Shown here piece after piece: positions 10,701 through 23,660 of a stretch of 35,293 bases of DNA. The translations under genes were made by a program, and so were the position numbers. The stretch's first letter is position 1, and every line of letters starts with the position of its first letter. A model generated the notes under the pieces. It was not told the DNA's origin. It saw only the letters and a list, made by a program, of their open reading frames with translations, and did not search any database. The DNA comes from Intoshia linei (Eukaryota > Animalia > Orthonectida), in NCBI GenBank assembly GCA_001642005.1, contig LWCA01000270.1:1-35293 (forward strand), in the 5' to 3' direction.

Positions 10701-13700
10701 ATTTAAGGAAAAAATCGCATTTTTCTACTATTTTTTTGAAAAACACTATTTTATTAAATTTCATGAAAAAACCTCTTATTCCAACCCAAAAATAAAAATC
10801 AAATTTTACCAACGTTTAAGGGAAATAAAAATTTGAAAATATTTAGAAACACTATTTGAATCTGGAATCACTGATCTTTAGTCTAGTACAGGTATCCTCT
10901 TCCACGTGTCCGCGATAAAATTTATTTATTTATTGTAAAGTAAGGTATACATTCTGGCAGGTCATAAATCATTTAAAAATTTAAACAGTCCTAGAATTTT
11001 CCCACAGCTTTGTGATAAAACAACACCAAAAAATTATTAGAAATTGGCTTTTTTTAATCTAGGACTCTTAATTGTTTAATTAAATGGTTAAACACATAAA
11101 CGTTCAATTTTATTTAGACACATAAATTTAAATGATAAATTTGGTACTCACGATACTAATAAAATTTTAAAATGTGTTCAATTAACATTTTTGAATTCAA
11201 TGATGTTTAATTAACGGAAAATGACCACTGGTCTATATTCTATTTCTATTAATAAGAAATTATTTTAGTAACTAGGGGTTTGCTTCTTTCAGTTAACTTT
11301 TTTATGTTTAGAGACCAAACATTGGAACCAAATTTGATGCACACCGCAATTATATCTTACAACAATGATTTGATGAATCAATCCTTGGTAATGTTTGTGA
11401 CAGGTCGTTTGAAAATTGTGTCCAAATACAGTACTAGTTTTCTTTTACTAAAATTATAAAATTAACATTTCCTCCCTGAATTTTCATTTATTCAAACGGC
11501 ATGTCAAACGGGACATACATTTAATTTTATTCATGATTCTAGAGAAAATCCACTAATTTTAGAAAAAAATTTTCAAATTTATTTAATGGTTTTTGTGAAA
11601 GAAAAAATTCATTTATAAGCACATTATTGAAAAATGTGTGCTTGACGGATTTATGCCATCAAAATACGGTAACACTATTTTTTAAAATACTGGTCATTTT
11701 ATTAGACAAAAAATTTTGAACAAAATTTTACTATGTACAAGAATGAATATGGAGATAAAATGAATGACTATTTCATTGGACTTAATTGTTTACGATTTAA
11801 TTCTGTAATAAAAAAGGACAATGAAATGTTGATTAATTTTAGGGTACGTTATATATATATAATGTTAATTTATATGATTTAATAATACCTCAGGAATATA
11901 TAGCAGCGCTAGTCATATTCCTGGTCTATGACCACCAGGTAGTGATTGTGATTACTCGGGAAATAACAAAAGTCGAGAACCGGGAAATTAAAAATTAAAT
12001 TTCCCGGGAAAAATAAAAAATTTTTATTCATATATAATATAGAAGCATTAAAAATTTTAGAGATCTTAATTAAATCAGATCTTAATTAATTCTAGAAACA
12101 AAAATAAATTTAATTAATAAAATAACACGAATCTAGATTGAAATTTACAAATTTAATTAGAAAAAATTTATTTATTTTAGATTGTTGAAAAAGTGTTTCA
12201 AAACACACATAATATTGGTAGATTTGTCTTTTAAACGCGTTCTATGTTTTGTAACGAAATTAGAAGAGTAGAGAAATTTCTTTTATTTTGTGTTGACGTA
12301 GGTTGAACGGTCATAAGGTCTTCCTTTAATTTTAACAATTTTGATGATAGCGTACCAGTTCGTAACAACTCATAATATTTTTCAAAATAATATTGGAAAA
12401 AGAGGATAATTCCCTTAAGCGTTAGTAATTTGTGGTTGGAATAAGAGGTTTTTAAAAAAAGTATTGGAAAAAGGATAATTTTTCATTAAGGGCTGGAAAA
12501 TTAGATTTTTTATTTGTGGTTTGATGAAGTGGATTTTTTTCATAAGATTTGGTAAAATCGGATTTTTTATAAGAATATCCGTATAAGACAATTTTTCCAT
12601 GAGGACTTGAAATGGTATTTTTGATTAAATTTTATTAGTGGTGGGATTTTTGAAATGAGTAAATTTTAAATTTTATAATATAATCCTATTTTCACAGTAA
12701 TAACAAACATAAATCAAATACAGGTATGTTTCAATTTTTTTCGGGGAATTTTGTCCCAGTTTTTTTCCCGGCACAATCACTACCACCAGGTCCTAATATT
12801 TTGTATTATAAATTATTACACAGATATGCGTGTTTATATTTTTTTGTTTATTTATTTATTTTTTCATTCAATTCATTGTTTTTTTAATTATAGACTTTAA
12901 TGGAAGATGAAGAAATATCAAGAGATATGAACTACTTATTACATTTGGCTTGTCATCAAATCCAATTTAAACGGTTTGCTGAAGCAATTGAAACATTGAA
13001 ATTAATGAAACCAAGTGCATTAACAGTAAATATTTATTTTTTCAATTAAAGACAAAACTAGTAGAACATTAGACTAAGGTTTAGTGGTTTTTATATCATT
13101 TTATTTAGACGTGTTTAATGGTTCATATTTATCAACATTTGAATAAAAACGACGAATGTGCATATCAATTCATGAAATTTATCGAGGAGGTACATTAAAT
13201 TTTTCATTTTGTAAATATGGTAACGTGGGTTATATATTTCATGGCATACGACCATTACAGTATCAAAGTGTATTGGCCGACCAGATTAAAAAAAGTAAAA
13301 AATGATAAATAAAAATTTAAAAAAATAAACCCATAAATTGTCCCTTTTTATCGTAAAAGTGTAAAATTACCACCTTTACATGGGACTGTATTCAAGTCTA
13401 AATCAACAATTTAGAAAGAAAATATGTCATTTCAATTGTTAATGCTATTAGTATATTATATTTGCCAAATTGGACGACATGAAATATTGAACTGTTTCAT
13501 GGAATGTTACAAGTTTAACTTACAATATAATATTTATATTATTATTATATCTATAGACAAGAAAATGATATTGAAAAAAAATTTGTAGAAACATTTAAAA
13601 ATTTACAATACGTTTCAAGGTAGAATTATCGGTATAATTAGTATATTGACTATATTATAGGATTGCTTTAACCGAGAAAGAAAGAGAGTTTGTTAAATTA

Positions 13701-15368
13701 ACATCATCTCAAGATTTTTCAAAAAGTTCTAATACAGATTCTGTTTATTGGGAGTAAATTTTAAAGTTTTTATCCTTATTATTTTTAGAGAAAAATTGGT
13801 AAAAAAAACAAAAAAAAAGAAGACAAGTATGAACTATTGTAGTTAGTGATTGTCATTAGGGTCGTGGAAAGGGGCTAGGGGGCATATCGCCCGGACCTAC
13901 AATCATACGGGTCTACTTTTATGATTTATTACTAGGTAATGTTGGAAAAATTCTTAAGTATACTAAAACAGTCCAATTAGTTATTTTTAATTTTTAGATA
14001 ATTAACGAACGATTAAGCAATATATAGAAAATTTTTAAAAAAAGTTTTAAATGGGCTACAATTTCCATCTGGTCCAGGCATTCGTCCATTCTTTGGAGCG
14101 ACATTCATTTGAGCGATATAATCATCGATTTTACTAATTTATCATATTATTGATTTTTTCTCGAAATTTTAGTGGGTTTCTTTATTCATATTTATTTATT
14201 ATTTTATATTCATAATTTTCTAGGGTTTTAAAGGAATTTTTTTTGAACCAATTTTTAAAGATTTTGAAGATCCCATAAAATGTTAAAAATATTCCCTACC
14301 AAATTTTGGTCATTGTCATTAATGAAACGTTGAAGAAACCACAATATATGTATAAAAATAAATATTATGATTAATTAACAAAATCGATGATTATGTTGCT
14401 CTAACAATATATCGCTCAACTGATTGTTCGCCGGTTCTCGTCTACTGTTGCTTCTCCACGTCTCTGATTGTGATAACCCGGGAAATATAGAAAACAATAA
14501 TTCATATAATATACAAATATGAAAAATTCAATCTAGTACAGGTTGCGCCAGATTAATGCGATTGATAAAGCATAGTTATACCGTACTAACATTAGTGGAT
14601 CTAGGTGGGACAGGGGCGGCCGCCCACCCCTTTGCGCGACAAATGTGCCCTTAAGTATTTTAATTGGTGTATTAACTTTGAAAAATTAAAAAGAGTTCTA
14701 GGACTCATCGTTTACGTTTTATGTATATAATGATCATTTATTATTAATCTATGTATTTTTTATGCTAGTAACATCAGTTTTAGGTGGTTATATATTTATA
14801 TTACTATCATATTTTGAATGCCTACCAAAGCCTAATATCGAAGATCCACTGCAACATATCATTTTTCAAACCTTACACATTGTTTTATCACCTTTACAGT
14901 AAATTATATCCAAAATATGGATATTATTAATTTTTTAATTAGTTCAACAACTTTTTTTGGGAAAGCCCGGAATTTGTCTCGGTATTTTTCCCGAGTCCAA
15001 CCGCTAATTGTATTGTATTTTATAGTGTACAGAAATTGTTTGTAATTTTAACAAGTTATAATTTAGACAAATTGCCAAAAAATCTGGATAGAAATCAACC
15101 TATCGACGACGAACGCTGGTTACCTTTGCGTGATAGATCATATTATAAACCAAAAAGAAGAAAGAGAAATATTGGTATTTTATGAAAAAATGTAATAAAT
15201 GTATTTTTTTTAGTAAAAGGGTCACAGGGAAGCGTTTTTAATAAAAAATTGGATTATGCCGACGATTCGAATAAAAATAAAAAATTGGAAACAAAAGAAC
15301 AAATATTTCACAAACCTAAAAGCAACAAAAAACAGAAAAATCAAAAAAAAATGAGAAAAAAACGCTAG
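7732..15368 (+). CDS. SRP72: Signal recognition particle subunit SRP72, ~18 exons
   Basis: Approximate exons 7732-7849, 7906-8032, 8076-8211, 8253-8311, 9132-9218, 9255-9439, 10376-10456, 11312-11387, 11542-11668, 11706-11843, 12894-13025, 13109-13188, 13415-13513, 13557-13619, 13661-13754, 13789-13826, 15067-15173, 15214-15368. N-terminal TPR with LSFLKAYVLYK. C-terminal SRP-RNA-binding motif KKKK..KLPKNLDRNQPIDDERWLPLRDRSYYKPKRRK...KGSQG, then a Lys-rich tail. Confidence 0.92.
9461..9775. mobile_element. Two Helitron-like 5' ends in inverted orientation inside an SRP72 intron
   Basis: Plus strand from 9462: tctaacttatataatatgctacgcgatttttatttgtgtgtctgtgtg. Minus strand from ~9773: tccttacttagataatatgctatgctatttttgtttgtgtgtctgtgtg..., continuing as 30226-30460. 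Confidence 0.7.
10509..10860 (+). repeat. Dispersed repeat with an internal degenerate tandem unit (tttt(a)ccaa...aaaaa.cc.ctt.ttccaacc.caaa)
   Basis: Related sequence at 12390-12660 (-), 18020-18310 (-) and 24750-24990 (+). The 5' part cagatgttggga...aagcctaga..accgcta.attattattt is shared with 18240-18305 inverted. Confidence 0.6.
11940..12782 (-). mobile_element. hAT deletion derivative with a transposase C-terminal relic
   Basis: TIR tagtgattgtg / cacaatcacta and a perfect 8-bp TSD ccaccagg (11932-11939, 12783-12790). The minus strand at ~12390-12170 encodes LMTVQPTSTQNKRNFS/SNFVTKHRTRLKDKSTNIMCVLKHFF, a hAT dimerisation domain with one frameshift. Confidence 0.88.
13844..15006. mobile_element. 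Nested hAT MITE stack in an SRP72 intron
   Basis: The outer element shares the tagtgattgtgat..cgggaaata end of 11940-12782, TSD attgtagt/attgtatt. The inner element 13857-14466 has TSD attgtcat/attgtgat. A further element 14593-14851 has TIR tagtggatct/agatccactg. Confidence 0.75.
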
Positions 15369-17177
15369 TTTTATGTATTAAATATATAATTATTTTTTAT
15401 CGTTATTATATTTATATCTTTAAAACAAATTATTAATCGATAATTTAATTGTTATTAAAAATCTACTAAACCAGCATCGCCAAAGCTGTCCATGTGGACC
15501 CGTTAGGGTCCCACGACATAATTTATTTGGAGTTTGGAATCTGAAAATTTCCATACTACATGGATCAGTCATGCCTAAACTTAAACTCCACGAACCGACT
15601 TTTTCAACAAAAAATTTTGCGAGCCCTTGAAAATTTCTAAATCGTTTTTAAGATTGTACTGTTTTTATTTTATTTTTAAGATTATACATTCATTTTCTAA
15701 TAAATTAAAAAAATCAAATCTCAAAATTGTTTTAAAATTCTTTACACAAATGTTAACAAAATAAAATTAAGTGTGAATAATTCACTTTAAATTAAATTTA
15801 ATAAATCTCAATCGATGGCTTCTAAACTGGGTTCCGTAATTTTCATTTAATTTTTGTTTTTATATTAAAAAGATGAACACCCTAATGAATACATTGATAC
15901 CACTGAAATTTGATGCAAAGATTTGAATTAAAACAAAAAAACAAATGAAATCTCACTTTGTATAAAAACAATATAAAAAACGTAATTTTGAAGGCGATTA
16001 TACTTGTTAACTATCCCAAAATGATTAACTATTATTTTAAAAATTTGACATAATTAAATCTTAAATGATTGAAGTATCTCAAATGCGAACATTAATTGAC
16101 ATCTGTTGACAATTTGAATTTAATTTTGGTAATACGCCCATTTTGTTAGATTTACCGTTGGGATTTGACAATTCACTGTCCTATATTTTATTCCTAACGT
16201 CCAAGTCCAAGCTACCTACTAATACACTTGGGTCCTTTGTTACAAATTTGAAATACACAGGTTGGAATAGTATATACTAATTTAAATTTTCTAATCTTAA
16301 TTTTAAATTAAAAGTGTTTTGATTAACCTAAACTTAACATAAATTTTAATAGATTTGCTAAACAGACAAAATAAGATATACTAAATACTAAATGCGCAAA
16401 ATTAAAAAAATCGATAAATGGACAAATGGGCATCGCAAATTTCTTTGATTTTGATGAAGGATGCATTCAAATACACTTAACTTCCGCTCGTGTGATTTTA
16501 AAAGTTGGTTACATTAAAAATACTTCTAATGAAGACAAAATTATTTTTGATTAAAATTTTGTCCCCAATTGACAATATCGATAATCATACATTATGCGAA
16601 ATTGCCTAGGGTTAATTGTGCATTTATTACTTTTTGATTAGCATAATTTTTAGCGCAATGTCTATTAAATAGTTTTTATGCAAACTAGGATTGGATAGTT
16701 GTAGTTTAAGTAAAATTGAGTCAACGCTGCCTTACAATTGAAGCTACGAATGAAAATGACTATTTCCAAGCGCAACATAATTATTGATTTTTAATTGACA
16801 CGTTAACCAATGAAATAATTTATTCTAGCAACATTTAATATTAAATATAAAGTAATGGGACCAATATGGACTCATTCAACATTAATTTCATTACACTATT
16901 TAAATTTTGAAAATAAAATTAAATTAAAAATATTAAAATTTTCAAGTGCTGCATTATTTAATTAAAAGTAAAGGCTCTGCAAAGTAATTTAATTTTTATT
17001 ATTTTAAATTTATAATTATAATTAAATATGAAATGTATAAATTGATAACTTAATCACAGTAAATGTAAACGTAATACGAGTACAATGTACTTTGTACAAG
17101 TATTATAATATTCCTTTTGTAAAGATTTTTTTATAACATTTTAAACGATATTGTTTATACGTGAATCAACAATGTAG

Positions 17178-20100
17178 ATGAATGTTGGATTAAAAAGATC
17201 AAAACCTGATTGCCAGAGTCCAGAAAGTTATGATGATGATGTAAAAAAAAAAAAGATAGATAAATCATTTTTTCATTGTAAGGATGGAAATAAAAATGAT
17301 GACAAAATGGTTCAATGTTCAACAATATCAAAAACACAGCAATCTGAACCTTTTTTAAAACAAGGTTCTAGTACCAGTTTAGAAGTTAATACAAGTAAAC
17401 ATTTGGATAATGACCCGTTAAAGACAAATTCAAATCCGAACCCAAATTTGTATTATGATAATTACAATTACCCTGGAACTTCTCAATTACAATCCAATTT
17501 ATTTAATCAAACAAATCGCAATAGAAATATTTCAAATATTTTCAAAAATGATCAATTGTTTCAGAAAATGTGCATTTATGATCAACATAAATTTATCCCA
17601 CCGTTCAACTATCTTTCTAATCCTAATAAAAATTATCCTTTTTATGGAAATAATGAATTCATCAGCAAATTTAGTGATAACAATTTTGGATTCAATTCTT
17701 TGTCTTCCAAGTTGTTATTTTCAAACACATACGCCTCATTGTGCAAACAAGTGCCAACTCCATTAAATCGCAATTTACCTCCAAATTCAAAGTTTCAACA
17801 TTACGACACGTGTAATACACTTAAATTTTCTAATTTAATATTTATTTTACAACTTATAAAAAAAGTCATGTATAAGAACAGTGTCTTTATCTACCGTACC
17901 CAGAAATCTTCTTTGAGCCTCATAATTTTTTGTAAAATGGTTTAAATATATTAATGTAAATTAAATACAATGACGCTTGTGAGTCTCACAAATATTTAAT
18001 ATTTAGAACTAAGCATTCGGAAAACGGGATTTTTAATTCATGGTTGCTAAAATTTTGGTTTTTTATTTTGTGTTTGGAATAAGATTAAGTCAAGTTTTTA
18101 CCTTAACTTAAGGCTTAAGAGTTAAAAATTGGATTTTTTATTTTGGGGTTGGATTAAAAGGTTTTTCTCACAAGATTTTTATATAAAGAGCTTGAAACGG
18201 TATTTTTTATTAACTATTATTAAATTTAATTAAAAGTGGTATTTTTAAAATAATAATTTAGCGTCTTCTAGGCTTTTTGATAAAATCTCAACATCTGACA
18301 ATTCTGCAATAATTTACCTTTATAAAATAAAAAAATTTTTTAATTTTGCTGATAATAAAACCAGAAATGCTGGTACTAATACAAGCAATTCTGCTAATAA
18401 AATTTTTAACACCTTTGATTATGAGAAGGGGTATCAGACTCAATTTGCTTCGCGGGCCGCACAAAAAAAATTATGTTAAAACTAACAGATTTAATTAATT
18501 TATAATAATTTTAATTCATAAAATGAAATATGAAATAACAAAAATAAAGTGTAAAAATTGTAACAATGAATAAATAAATCATGAAAAGTATATGAAAAAA
18601 CTGTAAAATAAGAAATATGTATTAAAAATTGTTATAAAAAATAAAAATTTATATTATAACGCGGGCCGCACATTCCATAATCGGGGCCGCAAATGTCCAT
18701 TGTACATTTTATTGTATGACATAAATCATATTATTAAAACTTGTCGAACAATAATAAATATCGAGAGCGTATCTTCATCTTTAAAATTTATTTTATTTAA
18801 CAAACTATAAAAATCAAGAAAATCAGTTAATTTTTACATACATATATATGTATGTTATAAAACTAAAGTAGACTGATTCAATCGTGATTGTTTTCTTCTT
18901 TCTCAATTAAGTGTTTTTATACGAAACTACACAAAATCTACCCTAAACATATTGTTAAACTTGAAATTTTTAAAAAGGTGAAACACCCTAATATGTTTGG
19001 TTTCTTTATTTAAGTGATTCTCAAGCGATACGCCCTAAATTTTATATTTCAATCAGAAAATTAAAAACGAGCTGTACATTTGTATATCATTTAACTTATG
19101 GTCAATTACATGACAGTTTCTTGATAATACCGTCAGCCGTTACCAAAGTTTTTTCAGCATTGCATTGTGTCCATAATACGAAAATTTTTCTAACATAGAT
19201 GAATTCATTTAGAATATTTGGTACCTTGATATGGACCATTCCCTCTTCAGGGTCATGGGTAAAACACAATAAAATAAAACACAGGATAATAAATATTTTA
19301 TAAAATTTGACTTATTGATTAAATTGGGATTGATCGAGTTTGTAATTCACTCATTTTCAGTTTTAAATAATAAACTGTTCCTTATTATCGAATAATTACT
19401 TAAAAAAGAAAAAATGTTCTATGCAGATTGTAACGTAGTTGACATTGGATCTGTACATTTTTTAATTTTTTATTACTATCTTTCTAAAATAACGGTTTTT
19501 GACTAAAATTTAAAATTAATTATCAAAAATTTGCAATTGAAATATAATAGAAAAAGATAAAAAGGTTACCCATTGAAATGTGATAATTTAACAATATCAA
19601 GTTATTTATAATTTTATTATAATTATTGTACATTTAAGTTGCTGCGAGAATGAACATTAAAGTATTTGAATCTCAAATGCAGGTCAAATAAATAATTTAA
19701 ATGTAATGCAGGGGTCGGCAACCAGTGGCCCACAGAATAATTTTGAGGTCCATTTGAGTAAATATGTAAATTATATATTTTTAAATTTTTCTACTTTAAA
19801 ACACAACTTTAAACATTTTCTACTATATTATATGTAATTATAATTATTTTAATACTGAATTTTCAGATCTTACCGATTCTATTTTGTTGAATATATTAGA
19901 AACGTTTCTCTTCAGTTAAAATTGAAATCCATTATGTGTAAATTTTCAAAAACGAGGCATAATAAATAAATAAAAAAATTACACTTCATACAGTTATATC
20001 TAGTTAACACATAATCATAATTGATCAAAAATTTTTGATCTCACAAAGTGACTTCTTCATGGTCAAAAAATTACTTTTATAATCAAAATATGTTAATTAA

Positions 20101-21921
20101 TAACATAATGTTTATAATAAATGGTTATTAAACAATTTAATGTTTACCTTTAGTTTTGGAAATTATTTCATCAACACTCATGTAAAACAAAAAGATTTAA
20201 TATAATTAGGCCCTAGAATTTAAAAATAAAAAAATCAATCAGAATCTTCACACGATTGGGAACTATTCCTTTAAAAGATTGATCAATGATCATAGTATCA
20301 TTTTAATGAAAGATTTTATTTTTTGGTAGAATTTAAAATATCCGCCCTCGGCAGAGCTAGGTACAACAGTCAAACTATTAACTTATACATTTAAACTTGT
20401 AATTATTTTATATTAATATTTTAACCTTAAAATTAACAAAAATATGGTAAAAAAGTCTAAAAATATTAAAAAACCAATTGCAGCTTTAACTGAAATAAAG
20501 CATTCTTATTTTAAAAGTGGAGGGACTGCCGTACCAATTTCATACACTTCATTCATATCATAAAGTATTAATCATCATATACGTGAAATGGTTAAAATTG
20601 GCATGGTGTACTTCACTCAAAACCGTATTGCATCTATAATATAACTCACACTTTGAATTGTTTAATTGAATTTAATATTTTCAGATTTGAATTCAAATTT
20701 ATCCAGCACGGAATGTAATTCATCTCCAAAATTAAAAATAGGAGAGGAAAATATTACGAAAAATGACATTTGCAAAAAAGACTTTAATCCTGGTAACTAT
20801 TGGCGTATTTGTAATTAAAATAATTTATGCATGCTAAATTAGGGAATATGCGTTTTGAATATTAAATTATAATTTAAATTTAAGGTGACTAAACTGTGGC
20901 CCATGAACCGCGTATTTTAAAACCTACATAATCTCAAATGAAAAATACTTTTTGCCCAATATTTTTATAAAGTACATCTATGTATAACTATATAATTTAA
21001 TAACACTAGATTCGTTTACAAATCAAAATTATATAAATGGAAGCGCATCAGCCCGTCGAAGACATAGAACCACCTTTACACAGGATCAATTGCAAGAATT
21101 AGAAAAAGCCTTTTCTAAAAGTCATTACCCCGACATTTACTCTCGAGAAGAATTGGCCAGATTGACAAAATTAAACGAAGCAAGAATTCAAGTACATTTC
21201 AAAAGTTAAATATAATATTATTCTTAATGCCATCTAAAATTGGTTTTATTCTTACAGCGACTTTAATTTAATTATGTAAAATCAATCTTAATTATTAAAT
21301 TATTGTATTTTTAAATGTGAATTACTTTTACATGATTGATTTGACTAATATTTACACAATGTATCAATTTTTTATTTTCAAGTACATTTCAATATATTTG
21401 AAAAATTCAAGTATGAAATGTATATTATGTTTAAAAAATCAATACTTATTATAATCAAGTGATAATGTTTATGTATCATATTTTAGGTTTGGTTTCAAAA
21501 TAGACGAGCCAAATATAGAAAACAAGAGAAGCAAATAATGAACAATTTGCCCCAAGTCATTTCAAATGGCAGTAAAAATATTTATCCCAATATTTCAAAT
21601 GAACAGATTATTAATAATAATCCGTACAATAGATTGAATAATTTTAATAATGGATATTTACATTCTAATCCTGATTTCAATGCTTCAGTCAATTCGCATC
21701 ATTTTTTTAACAAAATGAATATACCTAATTATGATGCCAAATTTCTTAAAAATTTTACAAATTCGAGTATAACCAGTAATTACAATGCAAAGTTTAACTC
21801 AAATTTGATTAATAAGGATTATCATAATGATTCTCAAAACAAGTACTCCAAATCTAATTTTCAAAATTTGAGGTTTGATTCTACTCTCGTTAATTCAACC
21901 AATCTTCATCCAAATTTTTGA
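17178..21921 (+). CDS. Prop: Paired-like Q50 homeobox protein of the Prop family (Prop1 / unc-42 / CG32532); exons 17178-17811, 20685-20792, 21010-21191, 21487-21921
   Basis: Homeodomain [46 protein letters not shown]|[14 protein letters not shown], with the canonical PRD-class intron between Q46 and V47. Exon phases (1,1,0) are consistent. The [22 protein letters not shown] signature is that of invertebrate Prop. Confidence 0.9.
18428..18695. mobile_element. Charlie-like MITE remnant
   Basis: Starts ggggtatcagactc and carries repeated subterminal gcgggccgca motifs (18453, 18661, ~18682), typical of hAT/Charlie MITEs. Confidence 0.5.
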
Positions 21922-23660
21922 TATTTAATTTTTCCATTTAATTAAATATTCATCAAATTTTTGTTATTTTAAATAATTTAATAAAATATAATAATAATTA
22001 TAATACAATGGATGAATAAGCTAATTATATATGAAATTCAATGACACGTAATAAACTTACAAATTCCTTGTAGTTAGGAAAATTACTTAGCTATTATGAA
22101 TAATATCGAATTATTGTATAATTACTTAAGAATTTCGAAAATATACGAATATCTATTAAAATATTGACCTTTGTTAGTTTAAATACACTCATTGTTTTGA
22201 AAATAGATTTTTTAAATGTGGAGATTGTTTATTTACCTACACATTTGGTAATTAAATATATATTTATCACCTTTTAAACTGTCAAAATTTAAGTTCTAAT
22301 TTCCTTTTTTTAAAAAAAATTAATTAATGTAAATCAGTGGCCGCCAAACTTTTTGACACGTCGAGTATAAAAAATTCTGGGCCAGATGGAAAATATAAAT
22401 GAGAGTTTTAAATTAAGTAATGAAGTAATAAGTTTTGAATAATTTATTTGTAACATTATTATTTAAACAATGCGTTAGCGTTTTTCCTGCCTATATTTTT
22501 GACAAATTAGATTGTGTCCCAATCTTTTATAGTAACATTAAATTTATGGAATAGTATTATTTAAACAATGGCGCAATCGTTTTGCCTGCCTATATTTTAG
22601 ACAAATTTGATTGTGTTTCAATCTCTTCGAGTTGTGCTCCTCACGAGCTTTAGACATTACTTATAATTGTTGATAAATAATTGTAATTATTATGTTGATA
22701 GATTAGGGTACAGTGACAAATTTTTAAAAACAAACATTTCACTTAAATCCTGAAAAAAATTTGTTGCCTTTTAAAAAATTTCACTGCACTTTAATATAAA
22801 TACCTTGATTTCATAATCATCGGCATTCAATCTACGCAAACAGGAAGAGTTTCTATATGTGAATATAGAATGCGAATCCTGGAATCAATCGCTCAAGAAT
22901 GTGTAATTTTATAATAATATTAACAAATATATTATATAGATAACTGTACTAACTCCTTTAAAATTAATTGGATTTACCAATCACGTTGAAAAATATTAAT
23001 CGTTCATAATCAGAGGTGAAGATTTGGTACAAAAATGAAAATAATTTATAAAAAAACACCTAAATGCATTCAAAAAATTATTGTTGTATAATAAATCTCT
23101 GAATGTTTTAGTTTCTTAATTGCATAATTGTATTTCACCATTGCATTATTGAGTTGTAAATGGTAGATATGTAACCTTAACTACATTTTTTAAAATTATA
23201 CACAATTAGGTATTATTAGATTTATGTTTATGGATTCTTTTTGTTACAAATATAAATCAAATGAAGCATATTTATCACTTTGAAAAATGTCTTTCAGCAA
23301 ATAAATGTGTTTTATTAGGTTTATACTTGCAAATACATATTGTATAATTGTGTAATTCATGCATTAACATTTGATTCTTAATTTTTCCCTTTCGGCAATT
23401 TATAAACAGCATATTTAAGTAGCATATACTGAATATTTCAGAAATTTGCAAATTATAATTAACTTTTTGGTTCGATGTATTACTCAGCGTAATTTATGAG
23501 ATTGAAACCCATATTTTTGTATTTAAAATAATTATACAATCAAATCCCAGTTTTCGAAATTGTAGGTTGAATATTTTTAGTTTGATAAATTTTGTTGATA
23601 ACAGGAAAACATTTTTACACTTTTAAAATTTCTGCTAGGTTTTATTTTTAAACGATAGAC

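Noticed and set aside
12415-12600. 61-aa minus-strand ORF
   Set aside because: Translation of the degenerate tandem repeat.
17155-17766. ORFs 17155-17337 (-) and 17455-17766 (+)
   Set aside because: Shadow or alternative frames of Prop exon 1 with no recognisable motifs.
19020-19270. Minus-strand [10 protein letters not shown]...[10 protein letters not shown] resembling an integrase zinc-binding region
   Set aside because: Multiple stops and too little similarity to call by eye.
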